Below are positions 18,257 to 27,100 of a stretch of 64,000 nucleotides of DNA, one piece after another. How positions within the stretch are numbered: the first letter of the stretch is position 1; the number at the start of each line of letters is the position of its first letter. Source of the DNA: Candidatus Nomurabacteria bacterium. Lineage in GTDB: Bacteria; Patescibacteriota; Minisyncoccia; Phycocordibacterales; UBA9973. The notes beneath the pieces are model-generated. The model was not told the origin of the DNA, made no database searches, and saw only the letters and a program-made list of their open reading frames with translations. The position numbers were made by a program, and so were the translations under genes. The stretch covers positions 409,375 through 473,374 of the forward strand of contig CP064958.1 of NCBI GenBank assembly GCA_016699085.1. Reading direction: 5' to 3'.

Positions 18257-18597
18257 TAGAGAGTTCCTACGAGTCGTTTTAGGGTTTCAGGGTGCTCACC
18301 AGCAAGCGAAGCCAAAATCTTACGGTCAACTTCAATATTTTTTTTCTTGAGCTTGTCGATGAAAACACTATATGACATGCCGAGTGTGCGGACGCTTGCG
18401 TTGATGTCGGTATTCCATTCTCGTCTCCGTGTGCCTTTTTTGTCTCTGCGGTGAGCAAATGCATAGGCGCCAGCATGTGCGATAGCTTCTTTTGCTTGAG
18501 CTTCTTTTGTGCTGCGACCGAATCGGTAGCCTTTAGTTTTCGCTAGAGTATTTTTTCGGCGTTTATTTTTGATAATACCTCGTTTAACTCGGGTCAT
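18256..18597 (-). CDS. rplT: 50S ribosomal protein L20
   Basis: MTRVKRGIIKNKRRK...AHRRDKK typical L20. Confidence 0.9.
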   Translation of the reverse strand: MTRVKRGIIKNKRRKNTLAKTKGYRFGRSTKEAQAKEAIAHAGAYAFAHRRDKKGTRRREWNTDINASVRTLGMSYSVFIDKLKKKNIEVDRKILASLAGEHPETLKRLVGTL

Positions 18598-18647
18598 AAA
18601 ATAGTGATTAGTAAATAGTAATTAGTAAAAAGGGGAGATGCCAGTTT

Positions 18648-18833
18648 CTATATATTTGGCAACAAATGGCTTTTGACTTTATTTTTCATAATGAAAACCT
18701 TCATTTTTCTGCCAGCGAGCTGCGTTGTGCGGCTTTGTTTAGCATTGAAATGGTTAAAGCCAGGCTTGCGTGCCATCAGCTTGCCAGTCTTCGTGATCTT
18801 GAGTCTTTTTGTATAGGATTTATTTGTTTTCAT
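18648..18833 (-). CDS. rpmI: 50S ribosomal protein L35
   Basis: 61-aa basic protein MKTNKSYTKRLKITKTGKLM... Confidence 0.85.
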   Translation of the reverse strand: MKTNKSYTKRLKITKTGKLMARKPGFNHFNAKQSRTTQLAGRKMKVFIMKNKVKSHLLPNI

Positions 18834-18902
18834 GGATTTAATTGATTATGTAAACTAGAGCTTTCATTACCCTAGCATACATCTTTGTGTGATTCAATAG
18901 AA

Positions 18903-19415
18903 TTATTTTTTAGTATCGCGCTCGATGGTTATCATAAGGCCTTTTGGTCCTCGCTTATATGCATCAGCGATTTTGTAGTCTTCTGTTATTAAATGCAGGA
19001 TTCGATCGAGGCGTTCACGATGGAATTTTTCATCCATGTATTTCGATCTGCCTGACAAGAAAAGCTCAACTTTGATTCGGTGTCCTTCTTTAAGCCAAAT
19101 AGATGCTTGCTTAGCTTTGAGCAATAAGTCGTGTTCTCCAGTGCCAACTTTAACTTGGATTGCTTTTGTTTCTGTTGGTTTTGCACCTGCTTTTGCTTTC
19201 TTTTGTTTTTTGTTCTGCTCGTAGAGATATTTGCCGAAATCCATGAGCTTAGCAATTGGGGGATTGGAATTCGGAGCAATTTCAATAAGATCGACACCTA
19301 GGGCATTAGCTTTGGCGAATGCATCCTCAAAGGATAAAACGCCTAAATTAGCACCATCGGCATCAATGACACGTAGCTCTTTGGCTCGTATTTGATTGTT
19401 GATTCTCTCTCGCAA
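18903..19415 (-). CDS. infC: translation initiation factor IF-3, TTG start codon
   Basis: INNQIRAKELRVIDADGANLGVLS...; non-ATG start (TTG preceded by in-frame TGA) fits known infC autoregulatory rare starts. Confidence 0.85.
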   Translation of the reverse strand: MRERINNQIRAKELRVIDADGANLGVLSFEDAFAKANALGVDLIEIAPNSNPPIAKLMDFGKYLYEQNKKQKKAKAGAKPTETKAIQVKVGTGEHDLLLKAKQASIWLKEGHRIKVELFLSGRSKYMDEKFHRERLDRILHLITEDYKIADAYKRGPKGLMITIERDTKK

Positions 19416-19547
19416 GTGATATCAGGTAACAAAAATAGCAATAAATAGATACGAATACCTAGGCTTAAATATAGCTTGTAACCTAAGAAAAGTCAATGGA
19501 TTACACACTAGAAGCATATAGGTGATTTTCTATGCTAGGCTACTTGT

Positions 19548-20300
19548 GTGGAAGAAAATCTATTTCTTGTATATAAAAATCTAGGGGAAACACCACTTGA
19601 GGCACTCGAGAGACTGCGTCTTGATAAAAATCTAGGAGACATACCGCTTACCTATGCCGGTAGACTTGATCCTGCGGCAGAAGGTTTGCTTCTAATTCTC
19701 GGTGGAGAAACATGCAAAGAAAAAGATACCTACCTCGGGCTTCCTAAGGTCTACACTGCACAAATACTCTTTGGTATTACTACTGATACCCATGATCTCT
19801 TGGGTATACCAGCAAGCTCTCTTCATGTTTTACCCGACACTACTACCTTTGCCAACTCACTGGAAAACATACTACAAACATATCCATCTACATTTATCCA
19901 ACCATATCCGGCATATGCATCAAAAACGGTAAGAGGTAAACCGTTGTTTACCTACGCTAGAGAAGGGGAGGTGGTGTTACTTCCAGAGCATGAAGTCACC
20001 ATGCATGCCATAACACTAGAGAAGATCGAAGAAATCACTTCAGCGGACATCGGCGAACGAGTAACTAGGCTTTTATCTTTGATCAAAGGAGATTTTCGAC
20101 AAGAAGCAATAGGAAATGCTTGGAAAGAAATACTACACCATGACCGAAAATATTGCATGGCAACGGTAACCCTGACGGTTAGTTCTGGTTTTTATGTGCG
20201 AGTGTTTGCAGATACTCTGGGCAAGGAACTTGGTACTCCCGCAGCACTTTTCTCACTCATACGTACTCAGGTAGGTTCCTATACTTTGGATATAGAATAA
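19548..20300 (+). CDS. truB: tRNA pseudouridine synthase, TruB-like (GTG start)
   Basis: catalytic Asp motif YAGRLDPAAEGLLLIL. Confidence 0.65.
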   Translation: MEENLFLVYKNLGETPLEALERLRLDKNLGDIPLTYAGRLDPAAEGLLLILGGETCKEKDTYLGLPKVYTAQILFGITTDTHDLLGIPASSLHVLPDTTTFANSLENILQTYPSTFIQPYPAYASKTVRGKPLFTYAREGEVVLLPEHEVTMHAITLEKIEEITSADIGERVTRLLSLIKGDFRQEAIGNAWKEILHHDRKYCMATVTLTVSSGFYVRVFADTLGKELGTPAALFSLIRTQVGSYTLDIE

Positions 20301-20333
20301 AAGAAAAAACGCTCATGATATAGGACATGAACG

Positions 20334-20741
20334 CTAATTGTAGTGAGTTTTTTCAAGTAGTGAATCAATGGTCCTTTTCTCGGAGATGACTGGTGACAGA
20401 ATAAACAATTCACCTCTCGTTATGCTTTTAGGGAAGATATAAAGCGAACCAACCAGGAATGCATCGATATATATTGCACTAGTCTGTTCCTCTTCATATA
20501 TCGAATCACGCATGTCCCATGAAAACGATGGTGGTTTGAGCTCATGGAGTTTCCAATTGCTTCTCGTTGGTACCCATATTTCTGTAAACCAAATTTCAAT
20601 AGTTGTTCCTTTGACAAAGATTTCTTTGATTTGGCCGCGATATATGGAATCAATATCCATACATTCGAAAAATCTGTTACATATCGGATAGTCACACGCT
20701 GGTGCGCAGTAAAGAGCAATAAAAATTTCCCAATTATTCAT
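20334..20741 (-). CDS. hypothetical protein, Cys-rich N-terminus (CAPACDYPICNRFFEC)
   Basis: 135-aa ORF, no recognisable family. Confidence 0.35.
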   Translation of the reverse strand: MNNWEIFIALYCAPACDYPICNRFFECMDIDSIYRGQIKEIFVKGTTIEIWFTEIWVPTRSNWKLHELKPPSFSWDMRDSIYEEEQTSAIYIDAFLVGSLYIFPKSITRGELFILSPVISEKRTIDSLLEKTHYN

Positions 20742-20770
20742 AATGGCGATTTTCTTTATTGAAGCATATA

Positions 20771-20806
20771 TTTACCAAAAGAAAAACCCGACAATATTGT
20801 CGGGTT
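20771..20806 (-). terminator. terminator for 20815..21195: palindrome aacccgacaat/attgtcgggtt followed (minus strand) by TTTTTCTTTTGG
   Basis: 11-bp stem directly downstream of minus-strand stop. Confidence 0.6.
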
Positions 20807-20814
20807 GGAGTAAA

Positions 20815-21195
20815 TTATTTTGGTTGTTTGTAAGCAACTTTCAGGAGGAGTGCGGTACTTACAGTTTTATTTTCTGGGAAAATGTACCATTCTTCGCCCT
20901 TTGTTTTAATCGTAATTGTCCCGTCATCAGAATATAGGATATTGTCATCCTTAATATTACAGATAAGATCTGCATCATCACCGTCAGACCATATTTTCTC
21001 ATCCCATACTGCGACAATCTGGATATGGAAGAAAAATATGGTATCGCTATTATGTTTGGTCATATCACTGATACACCCTCGCTGTCGTTTTTTTTCAGTT
21101 GAATAAAATTCCACTAATCGCCCAACGAAATTAGTCCTATCCTCTGTATCTTCTATAAAACGCTCTTTATGTTCCATGAAAAATGTTTCTTGCAT
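20815..21195 (-). CDS. hypothetical protein
   Basis: 126-aa ORF, acidic. Confidence 0.35.
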   Translation of the reverse strand: MQETFFMEHKERFIEDTEDRTNFVGRLVEFYSTEKKRQRGCISDMTKHNSDTIFFFHIQIVAVWDEKIWSDGDDADLICNIKDDNILYSDDGTITIKTKGEEWYIFPENKTVSTALLLKVAYKQPK

Positions 21196-21277
21196 TTAAG
21201 CATATAAATTAGACTGCGTCAAAGAGATCTACTTTTTATTGAAAAAATAGAGTGGTACTATATAAAGAAAGCTCTTT

Positions 21278-21694
21278 ATGAAAAAGATACTCATGCTCAT
21301 TATTGGTCTTTTCTTTTTAAGCAAATATACACCCATCGCACATGCGCAGACGCAAGATTCATTGATTTTTTGCAATCCCAAGAAAATTGAATACGTTTTC
21401 AGATTTGCATTGTATGATAACCTTCTGGCGGATTCTGGGCTCGTTGTCAAATATAGCGGTCAGTGCAGTGATGAGTTTTTCGTTAAGCGAACTGATGCAT
21501 CATGGGAGAAGATAAATATCCCGAACCGTCCACGTGAAATATATGTGCGCATTCATAAAACGCATACAGACTTTAGCTGTTATCCGAAGAAGGAAGTTTG
21601 GCGATTAGATTATACAAACTTTACCTTTTCTGATATCACTAGAAAGCCTGGCGCGATCTTTGTGCATGATTGCGCCGATGAAGTACGATTTTAA
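21278..21694 (+). CDS. secreted hypothetical protein (signal peptide MKKILMLIIGLFFLSKYTPIAHA)
   Basis: N-terminal signal peptide with AHA-Q cleavage site, 4 Cys. Confidence 0.4.
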   Translation: MKKILMLIIGLFFLSKYTPIAHAQTQDSLIFCNPKKIEYVFRFALYDNLLADSGLVVKYSGQCSDEFFVKRTDASWEKINIPNRPREIYVRIHKTHTDFSCYPKKEVWRLDYTNFTFSDITRKPGAIFVHDCADEVRF

Positions 21695-21702
21695 TAAAAA
21701 AC

Positions 21703-21730
21703 AAAACCCCGCGAAATAATGCGGGGTTTT
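21703..21730 (+). terminator. terminator AAAACCCCGC-GAAATAAT-GCGGGGTTTT (T7)
   Basis: 10-bp stem; near-identical inverted copy at 23580-23610. Confidence 0.65.
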
Positions 21731-21810
21731 AATATGACCTATGCATTGTAATTTTTTAAAAATGTGGTATATTGTAGATAATACTTTTCTTTACGTAAAA
21801 AATATAAATA

Positions 21811-22779
21811 ATGATACAAGATCATAGATTAAACAACTATCTTCGTGCGTTAATTGAAAATTCACCCGCAATTGCAAAAATATATGCTCAAACTCCTGAG
21901 GTTCCAAAAGCAGATTCTTTAAATGAAGGGACGTTTGAAGTTTCGCCAGGGCTTGTGCATAAATTTAAACCAAGCGTTGTACTGTTGCTTAACGGGATTT
22001 GTGCTGCGCAATGTTCATTTTGTGAACGTTTACCCACCGGAGTCGGTGATCCAAATTATTACGGTGATTTGACTATGAATGCGCTCGATCTCGCTAAAGC
22101 TGTTTCTTACATACGAGCAGATGCAGATATTAAAGATGTTATTTTCTCTGGTGGTGATCCACTTAATTCTCTCTCTGAACTATCGGCATGTGTACAAGAG
22201 CTTTCGAAAATAGATCATATTAAAACAATCAGAATTCATACAAAATTTCCGCTGCAGAACCCGATTGGCATGAAAGGGAAGTATTGGTTACTCAGGAATG
22301 TCTCTCTTTGTATTAAGACTGCTAAGAAGATACCGTATCTTTCATTAAACATTAGTCACCCTGATGAGTTTACAAAAGAAGCTTGCAATGCCATCTTGGA
22401 ATTGAAAGATATAGGCTACACCTTAATATCTCAGTCAGTTTTTTTGAAAGGAGTAAATAATGATGTTGGTACTCTCGTGCGGATGTTTGATCTTATTGTG
22501 GAAAATGGGATATCTCCCTATTATCTTTATCATTGTCAATCAAAACCTCACACTCATGCGCTTGGTTTTGTAGAAGATCTGAATAAGGAAATTGCAATAG
22601 TTAGACAAGTTTTCGAACGTCTTCCTGGGATCTATAGACCCACGCATGTTATCGATATTGAGGGAAATCAGCATGCTTCAGGTCTGGCTCGTGGTAAAGT
22701 TACTGTCCCGCATCATTTTTCAGGAAAAGAATTTTTTGATTTTGATAGAAAATCTTTTTCCCTTTCGGATTACATATAA
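21811..22779 (+). CDS. KamA-family radical SAM aminomutase (lysine 2,3-aminomutase / EpmB-like)
   Basis: CAAQCSFC (CxxxCxxC), SGGDPL, SQSVFLKGVNND, SPYYLYHCQ align to KamA motifs CSMYCRHC/SGGDAL/NQSVLLRGVND/PYYIYQCD. Confidence 0.7.
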   Translation: MIQDHRLNNYLRALIENSPAIAKIYAQTPEVPKADSLNEGTFEVSPGLVHKFKPSVVLLLNGICAAQCSFCERLPTGVGDPNYYGDLTMNALDLAKAVSYIRADADIKDVIFSGGDPLNSLSELSACVQELSKIDHIKTIRIHTKFPLQNPIGMKGKYWLLRNVSLCIKTAKKIPYLSLNISHPDEFTKEACNAILELKDIGYTLISQSVFLKGVNNDVGTLVRMFDLIVENGISPYYLYHCQSKPHTHALGFVEDLNKEIAIVRQVFERLPGIYRPTHVIDIEGNQHASGLARGKVTVPHHFSGKEFFDFDRKSFSLSDYI

Positions 22780-22872
22780 ATAGTTGGTGGCAAATATTTA
22801 ATACATTTGTCACCCTTTATTGGTACATAATTTTCTGTGCATAGTGTATCGATAAAGGGTATAAATATTCAT

Positions 22873-23580
22873 ATGAAAACAATGTCTCAAAAACAGAAAA
22901 CTTTAGTGCTCTTTAGCGGGGGTAAAGATAGTGTATTTGCACTTTACAAAGCACTATTAGATGGATATGAACCTGTGTTACTTTCATTTGTAAACAAAAG
23001 TGATCAAGTACAATTTACTGACGGCCCGGAAATTGACCATATCTTTTGGCAAATGTACCTATCTCTATTTGGGATGTTTCAATCCATTAGTATACAAACT
23101 GATGGGTTGGATAATTCTTTAGCACAAAAAATACAATCTATATCACACGAGAATAATATTGAATCAATATACACCGGAGATCTTGGGCACCCAAATGGCA
23201 TTGATGAGCTCCTAATAAGGCAAACTCAATTGAAAGTTTATACACCAGGTCGTAGTTATGTAAAATCATATGGAAAGAAGGCATACATAGAATATTTGGT
23301 TTCTCTTGGTTTCGTTATGCCTATAATTAGTGTGCGATCAGATGTTGCTCAGGTAGTCTCTGTAGGGGAAATACTAACTGTTGAATATTGCAATCGATTA
23401 GAATTGTGTGGAGTTGACTGTACTGGAGAAGATGGAGAATTTCAAACTATTGTTACAAAATGTCCACTGTATAAATATGAAATGCAAATTAATGCATATT
23501 TACTTGAAAGTAATAAAGGTCGGGATGATAAAAATTTTGAATATAAGCGTATGGTGTCAATAAAAGCAGTTTTAAAATAA
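22873..23580 (+). CDS. PP-loop ATP pyrophosphatase of the MJ0570/Dph6 (ATP_bind_4, diphthine-ammonia-ligase-like) family
   Basis: LVLFSGGKDSVFALYKALLDGYEPV (SGGKDS PP-loop), VYTPGRSY, LGFVMPIISV, CTGEDGEFQTIVTKCPLYK match MJ0570-family blocks; start at MKTMSQ (track ORF 22837, GTG). Confidence 0.6.
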   Translation: MKTMSQKQKTLVLFSGGKDSVFALYKALLDGYEPVLLSFVNKSDQVQFTDGPEIDHIFWQMYLSLFGMFQSISIQTDGLDNSLAQKIQSISHENNIESIYTGDLGHPNGIDELLIRQTQLKVYTPGRSYVKSYGKKAYIEYLVSLGFVMPIISVRSDVAQVVSVGEILTVEYCNRLELCGVDCTGEDGEFQTIVTKCPLYKYEMQINAYLLESNKGRDDKNFEYKRMVSIKAVLK

Positions 23581-23610
23581 AAACCCGCATTATTTCGCGG
23601 GGTTTTATTT
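23580..23610. terminator. bidirectional terminator AAAACCCGC-ATTATTTC-GCGGGGTTTT (T8), reverse complement of T7
   Basis: serves plus-strand PP-loop gene and minus-strand tmRNA 3' end. Confidence 0.65.
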
Positions 23611-23613
23611 TTG

Positions 23614-23999
23614 TGGAACTGGGGAGAATTGAACTCCCGTGCAAAGGGGATTTACCTATACGTCTACATGTGTAGTATGTTTCTTTGTGTTCAGTTTCTA
23701 TGCTAGGAAACAAACAAAATACAGAGAAACTAAAGTCTCATTGTTTCGAGGAAGAGGTGAGACACTCCTCTTTCTCTAGTTCGATAATATAGTGTCAGAG
23801 TTATTCCATCGAACAGAGAATAGTCTGACATTCGCGAGCGTTACGCTCGAGCGAAAGCAAAATCTGACATACTGAAGTATGGAGACTTTACTGAACCAAA
23901 TGCTTTTGCATTTAGAGGTTGCACGATGGTTAACGAGAATACGTACGTACTCGACATGCATATAGCTAAAGCATCCCTCTGTCGATGCCTTGCAGTCCC
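23614..23999 (-). ncRNA. ssrA: tmRNA (transfer-messenger RNA), ~386 nt
   Basis: 5' GGGACUG pairs with 3' CAGUUCC incl. G3:U70; T-arm GGGAG-UUCAAUU-CUCCC; discriminator A; helix-2 complementarity (GGGAU/AUCCC); resume codon GCA at nt 91; smpB immediately upstream, same strand. Confidence 0.75.
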
Positions 24000-24008
24000 A
24001 GATATATC

Positions 24009-24110
24009 TCAGTGAATATTCTTTCTAAAAGCACGGATATTTTTGTGTTCAAAAATTCCTTGAGCTCGCGCCGTCGCATTCGCAAGTCTTTTATGAAGAA
24101 TATTCACTGA
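24009..24110. promoter_or_regulatory. 15-bp perfect inverted repeat (TCAGTGAATATTCTT / AAGAATATTCACTGA) bracketing the smpB-ssrA spacer
   Basis: arm 24009-24023 and arm 24096-24110; one arm ~10 nt from tmRNA 5' end, the other ~10 nt past smpB stop. Confidence 0.5.
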
Positions 24111-24119
24111 TTGATTTTT

Positions 24120-24566
24120 TTAACGAGCTTTTACATTTCTTCGAATTTCTCGGTCGAGATCTCGTTTCTTGATTGTCTCACGCTTGTCGAATTTCTTTTT
24201 GCCACGAGCAAGCGCTATCTCTACCTTAATTTTCGAGCTTTTATTATACAATGATATAGGAATAAGTGTCAATCCTTTCGTGAGGAGCTGTTTTTCAAGA
24301 TTTAGGATTTCTTTTTTTGTCAAAAGCAGTCGTCTGGTGCGCAGTGGATCATAGTCATCGGCAGTATTACCAGCTTGATATGGTGGGATCGATATGCCGA
24401 CAACATAAGCTTCGCCTCCGCGAATAAGCGCACGGGCACCTTCGAGTGTTGCCTGCCCTAGTCGTATAGATTTGACCTCGGTTCCGATAAGTTCGATCCC
24501 GGTTTCATATTTCTCGAGTATGTCGTAGTCAAAATGTGCTTTTCGATTGGTTGCGTAGGCTGCCAT
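24120..24566 (-). CDS. smpB: SsrA-binding protein SmpB (start at internal Met of track ORF 24120..24656)
   Basis: KAHFDYDILEKYETGIELIGTEVKSIR typical SmpB. Confidence 0.85.
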   Translation of the reverse strand: MAAYATNRKAHFDYDILEKYETGIELIGTEVKSIRLGQATLEGARALIRGGEAYVVGISIPPYQAGNTADDYDPLRTRRLLLTKKEILNLEKQLLTKGLTLIPISLYNKSSKIKVEIALARGKKKFDKRETIKKRDLDREIRRNVKAR

Positions 24567-24643
24567 AGAGAAAATTGTAGCATATTGACCTTTATTTTCG
24601 TTTTTGACATTTTCCTGTATACTATGCTCTATCAAAAACATAT

Positions 24644-26569
24644 ATGAAATTGCCATTACAAAATCTAAGTTCGAAAGGTAAAAAGCCGAATATGCCCAAG
24701 GCCGGTATCGGTAGCCACTTGTTGACTGCGTTCCTTATATTTATGGCTATTACAGCTGCCTATACGCTTATTGTCGGCAATACAAAAACGACCAAAGAAG
24801 TCCCACTTTCAGAAGTTGCAACATCAATCAATAATGGCGAGGTAACAAAAATCATTGTTGACGGTGACAAGCTTACCATTACGCTTGCTGACGGTACAGA
24901 AGAGAAATCAAAAAAAGAATTGGAATCATCGCTCACTGAAACGCTTGCTAATTATGGTGTACCAGCTGAAAAGATCGCTGCAACCGAAATCAATATCAAA
25001 AGCCAATCAGGTGTAAGCTTTTGGCTGGCGACGATTTTACCCATACTGCTGCCTATTTTGTTTGTCGTCGTATTTTTCCTCTTTATTTCTCGCCAAGTCA
25101 AAGGTGCAGGCATGCAGGCATTTTCGTTTGGTCAATCCAAAGCAAAAATTACTGATCCAAATGATAAGAATAATCGTGTAACCTTCAAAGATGTTGCTGG
25201 TAGTAAAGAAGCTAAAGAGGAACTCAAAGAGATTGTTGATTTCCTCAAGAATCCAAAAAAGTTTCTGGATATTGGAGCTCGAATTCCTAAAGGGGTATTA
25301 CTAACAGGCGTGCCAGGTACAGGCAAAACACTTTTGGCTCGAGCAGTTGCAGGAGAAGCTGCAGTGCCATTTTTCCATCTGTCAGGTAGTGAGTTTGTTG
25401 AAATGTTTGTTGGCGTTGGTGCGTCACGCGTGCGAGATCTTTTTATGATGGCCAAGCGTGCAGCGCCCGCGATCGTCTTTATCGACGAGATAGATGCTGT
25501 CGGCCGTGTCCGCGGTACTGGTGTTGGTGGTGGCAACGACGAACGTGAACAAACCCTTAACCAAATATTGGTTGAGATGGATGGTTTTGAGCCTAATGAA
25601 AAAGTGATCGTTATGGCTGCGACGAACCGCTCAGATGTGCTAGACCCCGCACTACTACGACCAGGCCGATTTGATCGACGAGTGATTCTAGATTTGCCTG
25701 ATCGCTCTGACCGAGAAGAGATTCTCATTATTCATGCTCGCAAGAAGCCATTTGCCGAAGACGTTAATCTCAAAGTGATTGCAGAGCGTACACCAGGGTT
25801 TTCAGGAGCTGATCTTTATTCGCTTATGAATGAGGCAGCAATTCTCGCTGCTCGAGAAGACAGGAAAAGTGTTGCGCAGTTTGATCTCATTCGTTCTATA
25901 GAAAAAGTTATGCTTGGTCCAGAGCGCAAAAGCCACCTCTTTTCGAAACATGAAAAGAAAATCACGGCATACCATGAAGCTGGTCATGCAGTGATCGCAT
26001 CAGTCTTGCCATATGCTGACCCTGTGCACAAGGTTTCCATCGTTGCACGTGGGAGAGCAGGTGGCTATACGTTAAAACTTCCACTTGAAGATCGTAAACT
26101 ACAATCCAAGAAAGAATTCCTCGATGATATTGCGATGTCGCTCGGCGGGTACGTTGCTGAGGAAATGATTTTCGGTGATATTACGACTGGTCCATCAAAT
26201 GATCTGCAGGTTTCAACATCACTTGCGCGAGCTATGGTTACCCGCTGGGGCATGAGTGAGCTTATCGGTCCAATCGCACTAGAATCTGATGGAGGCCGTC
26301 CATTGTTTGGCAGAGGAGTTGAGAGTCATGAATATTCTGAAGAAATGTCTGGCAAGATTGATAGTGAGGTCAAGAGAATTATGGATACGGCATTTGCGAA
26401 AGCTCGTGATGTACTGACTACTCACCGCAAGGCACTCGATGCTGTTGCAGAGAAACTTATTGAAGTCGAGACTCTCGAACAAGGAGCGTACGAAGATATC
26501 ATCAAAATGCATGGCATCATGCCGAAAAAGAAAGAAGGACAAAAATCAGATCTTGTTGTAGCAGAATAA
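24644..26569 (+). CDS. ftsH: ATP-dependent zinc metalloprotease FtsH
   Basis: Walker [18 protein letters not shown] zinc motif, N-terminal TM. Confidence 0.9.
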   Translation: MKLPLQNLSSKGKKPNMPKAGIGSHLLTAFLIFMAITAAYTLIVGNTKTTKEVPLSEVATSINNGEVTKIIVDGDKLTITLADGTEEKSKKELESSLTETLANYGVPAEKIAATEINIKSQSGVSFWLATILPILLPILFVVVFFLFISRQVKGAGMQAFSFGQSKAKITDPNDKNNRVTFKDVAGSKEAKEELKEIVDFLKNPKKFLDIGARIPKGVLLTGVPGTGKTLLARAVAGEAAVPFFHLSGSEFVEMFVGVGASRVRDLFMMAKRAAPAIVFIDEIDAVGRVRGTGVGGGNDEREQTLNQILVEMDGFEPNEKVIVMAATNRSDVLDPALLRPGRFDRRVILDLPDRSDREEILIIHARKKPFAEDVNLKVIAERTPGFSGADLYSLMNEAAILAAREDRKSVAQFDLIRSIEKVMLGPERKSHLFSKHEKKITAYHEAGHAVIASVLPYADPVHKVSIVARGRAGGYTLKLPLEDRKLQSKKEFLDDIAMSLGGYVAEEMIFGDITTGPSNDLQVSTSLARAMVTRWGMSELIGPIALESDGGRPLFGRGVESHEYSEEMSGKIDSEVKRIMDTAFAKARDVLTTHRKALDAVAEKLIEVETLEQGAYEDIIKMHGIMPKKKEGQKSDLVVAE

Positions 26570-26577
26570 ATTACAAT

Positions 26578-26617
26578 AAAAGTCAAAACCCTCACTATAG
26601 TGAGGGTTTTGACTTTT
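26578..26617. terminator. 20+20-bp perfect palindrome (aaaagtcaaaaccctcacta|tagtgagggttttgactttt), bidirectional terminator
   Basis: follows ftsH stop; flanked by A-run and T-run. Confidence 0.7.
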
Positions 26618-26646
26618 ATTGTAAGCAGGCGTATGGTAAAAGAAAA

Positions 26647-27060
26647 ATGTTCATGGCACGTATCATACCATTTCGACATCAGCAAAAAAGAACTGCAGGT
26701 TTTGTTTGTAGGCTTATTTTTTTGAGCTTGCTCATAACTTCCGGTGTACTGTTTTGGGCAATAGCAGCGTTCGCCCTCTCTCTTAAGTTATTTATTTTCA
26801 TGCTTGGATTACTGGCAGATCATTCTGTATTTACCTTACAGTTATTGCTATACCGTATCGGGGTCATTACTATTGGTGGTAGTTTAGTTCTTAGTTTTGT
26901 TATAGTTTTGGGTGTATATCGTAACAATATAAAAGACTACTCTGACTTTCTAAAGGGAGCAAAGGATGCAGCACTTTTTGCCAATATTGTTGTCCTACCA
27001 TTCTATGTGGCTTGGCAGGCATGTCTCTTCATAAAGAAAATGTTTGAAAGTTTTTTGTAG
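26647..27060 (+). CDS. hypothetical membrane protein (3-4 TM)
   Basis: 137 aa, hydrophobic. Confidence 0.35.
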   Translation: MFMARIIPFRHQQKRTAGFVCRLIFLSLLITSGVLFWAIAAFALSLKLFIFMLGLLADHSVFTLQLLLYRIGVITIGGSLVLSFVIVLGVYRNNIKDYSDFLKGAKDAALFANIVVLPFYVAWQACLFIKKMFESFL

Positions 27061-27066
27061 TTTTAA

Positions 27067-27100
27067 AATAAAATGGACTCGTTAGAGTCCATTTTTTATT
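27067..27100. terminator. bidirectional terminator atggactc-gtta-gagtccat + T-run
   Basis: between convergent genes. Confidence 0.6.

Noticed and set aside
23611-23690. Stand-alone tRNA on the minus strand suggested by the T-arm + acceptor 3' strand at the start of the 23.6-kb gap
   Set aside because: No D-arm or anticodon arm can be folded in the preceding ~75 nt. The matching 5' acceptor strand (GGGACUG) lies 386 nt away, which together with smpB next door identifies it as the tRNA-like domain of tmRNA.
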